Positions 59,701 through 64,000 of a stretch of 64,000 nt of DNA are shown here, piece by piece. The position numbers and the translations under genes are program-made. The DNA comes from Salinibacterium sp. (GTDB taxonomy: Bacteria > Actinomycetota > Actinomycetes > Actinomycetales > Microbacteriaceae), in assembly GCA_019638845.1 (NCBI GenBank), contig JAHBSZ010000008.1, forward strand, positions 11,790 to 75,789, written 5' to 3'. A model generated the notes under the pieces. That model searched no databases. It was not told the DNA's origin and was given only the letters and a program-made list of their open reading frames with translations. Position 1 is the stretch's first letter. Each line of letters opens with the position of its first letter.

Positions 59701-60737
59701 TGCTGAAAGCAATCGCCGTCGGCGTCACCGGCGTGCTGCTCTCACTCGTTGGCGCCGTTGTCATGTCGTCCGGCACCGGATGCACCGCCCAACCCGTCGA
59801 CGTCGACCAGGTCGCCGCCCTCGACACCGCCATCGCCGGTTACTCCGACGACCAGCTCGTCAACGCCGCCATCATCATGAACGTCGCCACCGCCCGCGGT
59901 CTCGGCCAACAGGCTCAGATCGTCGGCGTCACCACCGCCATCGCCCAGACCGGCCTGCGCAACCAAACCGCCACCGACGGCTCCACCGGGCTCGGCGTCT
60001 TCGCACAAGGGGCGGCGTGGGGAAGTGCCGAGCAGCGGCTCGACCCCGCCCACGCCGCACTCCTCTTCTATGCGCGACTCGAGCAGGTTCCGAATTGGCA
60101 GACCCTTACCCCTGCGGCCGCGGCGACCCAGATCACCGGCCACGGTGCGGCGGACTACACGGCCGCGCTGAAGCCGGCGACCGAGATTGTCTCGACGCTC
60201 ACCCCGACCGAAGGGCAGGGGTGCCAAGTATCGGGCGATTCGCAGGCTCTCGCCCTCGAGCTCGTGCAAGCGATGGACGGCGGTACCTTCACCGCGCTGA
60301 CCGATCCGGAGCAGCAGATCCGCTGGATCGCCGAGGGCCGGACCATCTCCGACTGCGGCATTGATGTGCGCACCCTGCAGGTCATGGTCCTCGCCACCCG
60401 CCAGTTCGACCGCGTCGGGGTCAGTTCAATCAACCGCCTCTGCACGCACGACGACGCAGGGGGCGGAACGCTCCCGCACGTGCGCGAAGGCGGCGGCAAG
60501 TCCGTCGACTTCTACATGCTCGACGACATACCTCTTACCGGAGCTGACGGCCTCACCCTCCGGCTCATCGGAATGCTCGACCCGATTGTCCCGGCAGAAT
60601 CCCGCATCGGCCAATCCAACTGCCGTGACGCCGACGGTGTGAATCTGGGCCTGCAGCACTTCACCGAGTTCACTGACACCTGCAATCACCTGCATGTCGA
60701 CTTCGCTGACACTGATGGAGCACTGACGGTCGGCTAG
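59700..60737 (+). CDS. Secreted cell-wall hydrolase-like protein (lysozyme-like plus putative zinc-peptidase domain)
   Basis: NAAII...TAIAQTGLRN...WG...DP...FY..L; C-terminal H...AVD-like and HLHV motifs. Confidence 0.65.
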   Translation: MLKAIAVGVTGVLLSLVGAVVMSSGTGCTAQPVDVDQVAALDTAIAGYSDDQLVNAAIIMNVATARGLGQQAQIVGVTTAIAQTGLRNQTATDGSTGLGVFAQGAAWGSAEQRLDPAHAALLFYARLEQVPNWQTLTPAAAATQITGHGAADYTAALKPATEIVSTLTPTEGQGCQVSGDSQALALELVQAMDGGTFTALTDPEQQIRWIAEGRTISDCGIDVRTLQVMVLATRQFDRVGVSSINRLCTHDDAGGGTLPHVREGGGKSVDFYMLDDIPLTGADGLTLRLIGMLDPIVPAESRIGQSNCRDADGVNLGLQHFTEFTDTCNHLHVDFADTDGALTVG

Positions 60738-60768
60738 CGCCGCCGCTTTTCCCCAAGAATCCTGCGGT

Positions 60769-60921
60769 CTTTCCGCCTCGCGATCGTAGTTCGCTTCACG
60801 CCGGCGACGAGGGCTTTCGCGGCATATCCTCCGCACTGCGTGCTGTCCGGTATTCCACGGTCCCTAGCTCGCCGTCGCTTCGCTCACCCCTGATCTCTCC
60901 TGCCGGAAAGGCCGAAGAAAC
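60769..60921 (+). promoter_or_regulatory. Structured upstream element copy B (ssDNA-promoter-like)
   Basis: CTTTCCG...GATCTCTCCTGCCGGAAAGG; 20-bp and 14-bp blocks identical to copy C. Confidence 0.62.
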
Positions 60922-60937
60922 GATCACCGGGAGAGAC

Positions 60938-61588
60938 ATGACCACCATCCACGCACGACCCGAACGCACCCCCACCGAGATTGCCGCAGACGCGGGCGCC
61001 GCTACCGAGTTCTGGCGATCATTGCAGTCGCCCGCTCGCCGAAAATGGCTCGTTCACCGTGAGAGCTACGACTACAAACTGCTCATGGCCGACAAGGAAG
61101 GCCGCGAATGGGCGCGCCGCCAGAACAAGAACGACATCGCAGGACGAGCCGCACGACGCGCTGCGCGCCTAGCGGCCGACCCCCTCGCCAACCGCCTCGA
61201 CGAGAACCTGCGCCACTATGTCGACGCCAACACCAAGGCACAGATGCCCCGAATTGCCCTGCACGGCAGGGCCAAGGGCGAGCGCGCCCTCAGCTTGCAG
61301 ACGACGTACACATGGTTCTACGGACTGAACACCCCGTCGCCTCAGCGCCGCACGCGTGTGCGCCGGGAAAGCGAGATGTTCTACGAACACTGGCTGCTGT
61401 GCAACCCGCAGTATGGGCCAGTGCGAGCCGGGGGCGAGTTGTTCGAGCACACCGTTCAGACGTGGAACTACATTCCCGGCCAGATCCGACCGGCAGGAAT
61501 GTCGCCCGAGCGCGCCCTGCAGATAGCCCTGTCCGTGCTCGACGAGAACAACGGCGTCTGGCCGGACAATCCTCCCCCATTGCTCTAA
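60938..61588 (+). CDS. Hypothetical protein
   Basis: 216-aa ORF with GGGAGA RBS directly after element copy B. Confidence 0.7.
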   Translation: MTTIHARPERTPTEIAADAGAATEFWRSLQSPARRKWLVHRESYDYKLLMADKEGREWARRQNKNDIAGRAARRAARLAADPLANRLDENLRHYVDANTKAQMPRIALHGRAKGERALSLQTTYTWFYGLNTPSPQRRTRVRRESEMFYEHWLLCNPQYGPVRAGGELFEHTVQTWNYIPGQIRPAGMSPERALQIALSVLDENNGVWPDNPPPLL

Positions 61589-61593
61589 CGGCC

Positions 61594-61627
61594 GCCGCGT
61601 CCGGAGGCTCACGCCCCCGGACGCGGC
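61594..61627 (+). terminator. GC-rich hairpin
   Basis: GCCGCGTCCGG / CCGGACGCGGC perfect 11-bp stem just after the stop; no U-tract. Confidence 0.5.
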
Positions 61628-61658
61628 TCGAACAGCCCTCCGAACCACAATCGAGCAC

Positions 61659-61997
61659 ATGGCACTCATCGCCCTTAACCTCGGTCGGCCCATCTGGCAG
61701 ATCGACCCGTGCCCACCCTGGTGCGAAGCCACACACTCGAGCGACGATCATCCCGACGACCGCGTGCACCGCAGCGAGGGAATTACAATCTCCACAACGA
61801 CCCGCCGACGCCACATCGACGGCGACCACCTCGGATCCATCGAGGAAGAAGTCGACCTCGAGGTCGGCATCGCCCGCGCCGACGGCGACACCGCGACCTG
61901 GCTCTACATCGGAGCCGGACCCGCATCCTCCGTCGAAGTACAGCTTGAAGCTGCGGACGAAATCGTAGCCGCGATCCTTCGACTCAGCGGCAGCTAG
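61659..61997 (+). CDS. DUF6907-like Cys/His small protein
   Basis: CPPWC..H...H...H motif typical of small actinobacterial mobile-element proteins. Confidence 0.6.
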   Translation: MALIALNLGRPIWQIDPCPPWCEATHSSDDHPDDRVHRSEGITISTTTRRRHIDGDHLGSIEEEVDLEVGIARADGDTATWLYIGAGPASSVEVQLEAADEIVAAILRLSGS

Positions 61998-62286
61998 ACG
62001 AATGCCATTAGCAGCGCCCACCCCGGTCAGGCCGCAGGCTGAAGCATCAGGGACTGCCGTGTGGGAAATGGCCCGCAACCGCCACCCGACGATAGGCGGC
62101 GACTGCGGAACGAATACCACCGCCTCATCCCTAAGCTGCGCCGAGGGGTCGGCTACGCGTTAGCTCACTCCCCGATCGACGATGCGCGCCGGCGCCCCGA
62201 TTGTCCAACACACCGCTAGACCCGCAGTATCGGATCCAGCTGGCCAACTGGAGCCGACGAAGGTCGGCGCGGAGCCTGTGGCTCTG

Positions 62287-62443
62287 TTGCCTTTCCGGCC
62301 GCCGACTGTAGTTCGCTCCCGGCCCTTCGTTCCCGGCTTTCGCGGCATATCCTCACTCGCTGCGCTCCCTCCGGTATTCCACGACCGGGCACTACGGCCC
62401 GTCCACTCTCAACAGATCTCTGTGCCGGAAAGGCAAACAAAAC
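62287..62443 (+). promoter_or_regulatory. Structured upstream element copy C (ssDNA-promoter-like)
   Basis: 13-bp perfect closing stem 62287-62299 / 62424-62436 with nested GTAGT/ACTAC and CCCGG/CCGGG pairs. Confidence 0.65.
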
Positions 62444-62469
62444 AGTCGATCAAAGAGAGAAGAACCAAA

Positions 62470-63900
62470 ATGACTGACACCAGCACCACCACCGGAACCA
62501 TCGAGCACGTCGACCCCACCACGGTGATCGTCGAAGCGAACGTGCGCACGACCGCGCCATTGGACAAAGAGTTCATTGCCAGCATCCGCGAGAACGGCGT
62601 ACTCACCCCCATCCTCGCCAGACGTGACGCCAGCGGGAACATCATCGTCCGCGCCGGTCAGCGCCGCACGCTCGCCGCACGCGAGGTCGGACTGGCCAGC
62701 ATCCCCGCCTTCGTAGTGGAGGCGTCCGAGGCGATCGCCGACCGCATCATTCAGCAGTTGGTCGAGAACGAGCACCGCACCGCCCTCACGGACGGCGACC
62801 GAGTGGCGGCGTTCCAGCAGCTGGCCTTAGAGGGACTCACCCCGCAAGTGATCGCCAAGCGGACCGCCACCAAACAGGTCGACGTCAAGCAGGGTCTGAA
62901 GGTAGCCGAGTCGCAGTTCGCAACGGCTGCGGTAGTCGAGCACCAGCTGACGTTCGATCAGGCGGCAACGCTGATCGAGTTCGAAGGTGACGACGAGCGG
63001 GTCGCCGACCTAATCGAGGTCGCCACGAGCCAGCCGGAGCAGTTCGCCCACGCCGCCCAGCGCGCACGAGACGATAAGGCGAGAGCGGAAGAGGTCGCCC
63101 GAATCAGCGTGGAGCTGCGCGAGCAGGGATACACGGTGCTCGACCGCGACCCCGGCTACTACGACGACACCTACATCCGCATCGGCGACCTCGTCACCGG
63201 CGAGGGCAAGCGGGTCAGCCCCGACGACCTGCCGACCGAGGGGGAGCGGTTCGTGTTCGTGCGCTCCTACATCTCCGGCAGCGTCGACGTGACCCACTTC
63301 ATCTCTGACTACAAGGCACACGGGTTCCGCAAGGACGGCAGCACCGCACCTTCCGGACCGATGACAAACGAGCAGAAGGCCGAACGCCGCGAGCTGATCG
63401 CCAACAACAAGGCATGGGCGTCAGCCGAGACAGTGCGCCGCGAATGGCTCACCGCGTTCCTAGGTCGCAAGACCCTGCCGAAGGACGCAGCCCAGTTCGT
63501 TGCCCGCGGACTTACCGGCAGCCGGAGCACAGTCGCGGACGCCATGAGCCGAGGCAACAGCCTCGCGCACACGCTGCTGGGCATCGAGCACGACGGAGGA
63601 ATGTGGAGCGGCGACAAGCTCGCGGCTCTCGTCGAAGCAAACCCCGGCAAGGCCGCAACCGTCAGCCTCGCCGTAGTGCTCGCCGGTATCGAGTCCCACA
63701 CCAGTAAGGACACATGGCATCACCCCACCCACGACATGAGTGCCTACTTCGGCCAGCTAGTCGCATGGGGCTACGCAGCCTCAGAAGTCGAGCAGATCGT
63801 GATCGATCACGATACGACCTCGACTGACGCGGACAGCGTGGACGACGTCGAGGAACACGACGACGACACCGTCGACGAGGCACCCACGGAGGACGACTAG
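62470..63900 (+). CDS. ParB/Spo0J N-terminal domain protein (plasmid leading-region type)
   Basis: SIRENGVLTPI, AGQRRTLAA, QLVENEHR and HTH segment; acidic tail. Confidence 0.88.
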   Translation: MTDTSTTTGTIEHVDPTTVIVEANVRTTAPLDKEFIASIRENGVLTPILARRDASGNIIVRAGQRRTLAAREVGLASIPAFVVEASEAIADRIIQQLVENEHRTALTDGDRVAAFQQLALEGLTPQVIAKRTATKQVDVKQGLKVAESQFATAAVVEHQLTFDQAATLIEFEGDDERVADLIEVATSQPEQFAHAAQRARDDKARAEEVARISVELREQGYTVLDRDPGYYDDTYIRIGDLVTGEGKRVSPDDLPTEGERFVFVRSYISGSVDVTHFISDYKAHGFRKDGSTAPSGPMTNEQKAERRELIANNKAWASAETVRREWLTAFLGRKTLPKDAAQFVARGLTGSRSTVADAMSRGNSLAHTLLGIEHDGGMWSGDKLAALVEANPGKAATVSLAVVLAGIESHTSKDTWHHPTHDMSAYFGQLVAWGYAASEVEQIVIDHDTTSTDADSVDDVEEHDDDTVDEAPTEDD

Positions 63901-63909
63901 ACCGTCCTC

Positions 63910-63967
63910 GGCCCCCGGCAACCGGCCGGGGGCCACCCCGCGGACGGCGCCCTTCGGGCGCGCGGGG
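63910..63967 (+). terminator. Tandem GC-rich hairpins after the ParB-like gene
   Basis: GGCCCCCGGC / GCCGGGGGCC 10-bp stem (63910-63934) followed by a GCGCCC-TTC-GGGCGC hairpin. Confidence 0.45.
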
Positions 63968-64000
63968 GAGCGGAGCCGGAACGGAGGCGGGCACAGCTCC

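Overview
High-GC actinobacterial DNA, most consistent with Microbacteriaceae (inferred from gene content and protein style). About 1-5.7 kb is chromosomal backbone: partial hypothetical gene, SseB-like protein, MFS transporter, class IV aminotransferase, DUF2510 protein, radA and tRNA-Ser(CGA). From the tRNA 3' end to beyond the window edge lies one large integrated element, read here as an ICE. A tyrosine integrase converges on the tRNA. About 39 kb of metal-stress cargo follows: two multicopper oxidases, a Cu P1B-ATPase with CsoR, DUF305 x2, CzcD with a CzrA-type ArsR, CopC, CopD-CtaG, CmtR with a second P1B-ATPase, a TerC-family protein, duplicated ResB/CcdA/TlpA/CtaG plus DsbA, Lgt and Lnt, four M23 peptidases and one CHAP protein. 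The backbone follows at about 46-64 kb: XRE/excisionase switch, rep-like wHTH with iteron-like repeats, ParA plus partner, MOBC-type relaxase, VirD4-like coupling protein, DprA, a Gram-positive T4SS cluster and a ParB-like protein. Highlights not explained by routine annotation: (1) three copies of a ~150-nt self-folding non-coding element with single-stranded-DNA-promoter geometry upstream of establishment-type genes; (2) three paralogous membrane leader ORFs ending LSISRT-stop that head the envelope/redox operons and look like metal-sensing arrest peptides; (3) a cytochrome-c/oxidase maturation kit with no ResC and no cytochrome in the window; (4) a fossil attP (tRNA 3' half, core inverted repeat, integrase tail) buried in the cargo. 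No CRISPR array, rRNA or second tRNA-Ser att copy was seen. Start codons were adjusted by eye from RBS and coupling evidence. All family calls come from motif recognition, not database searches.
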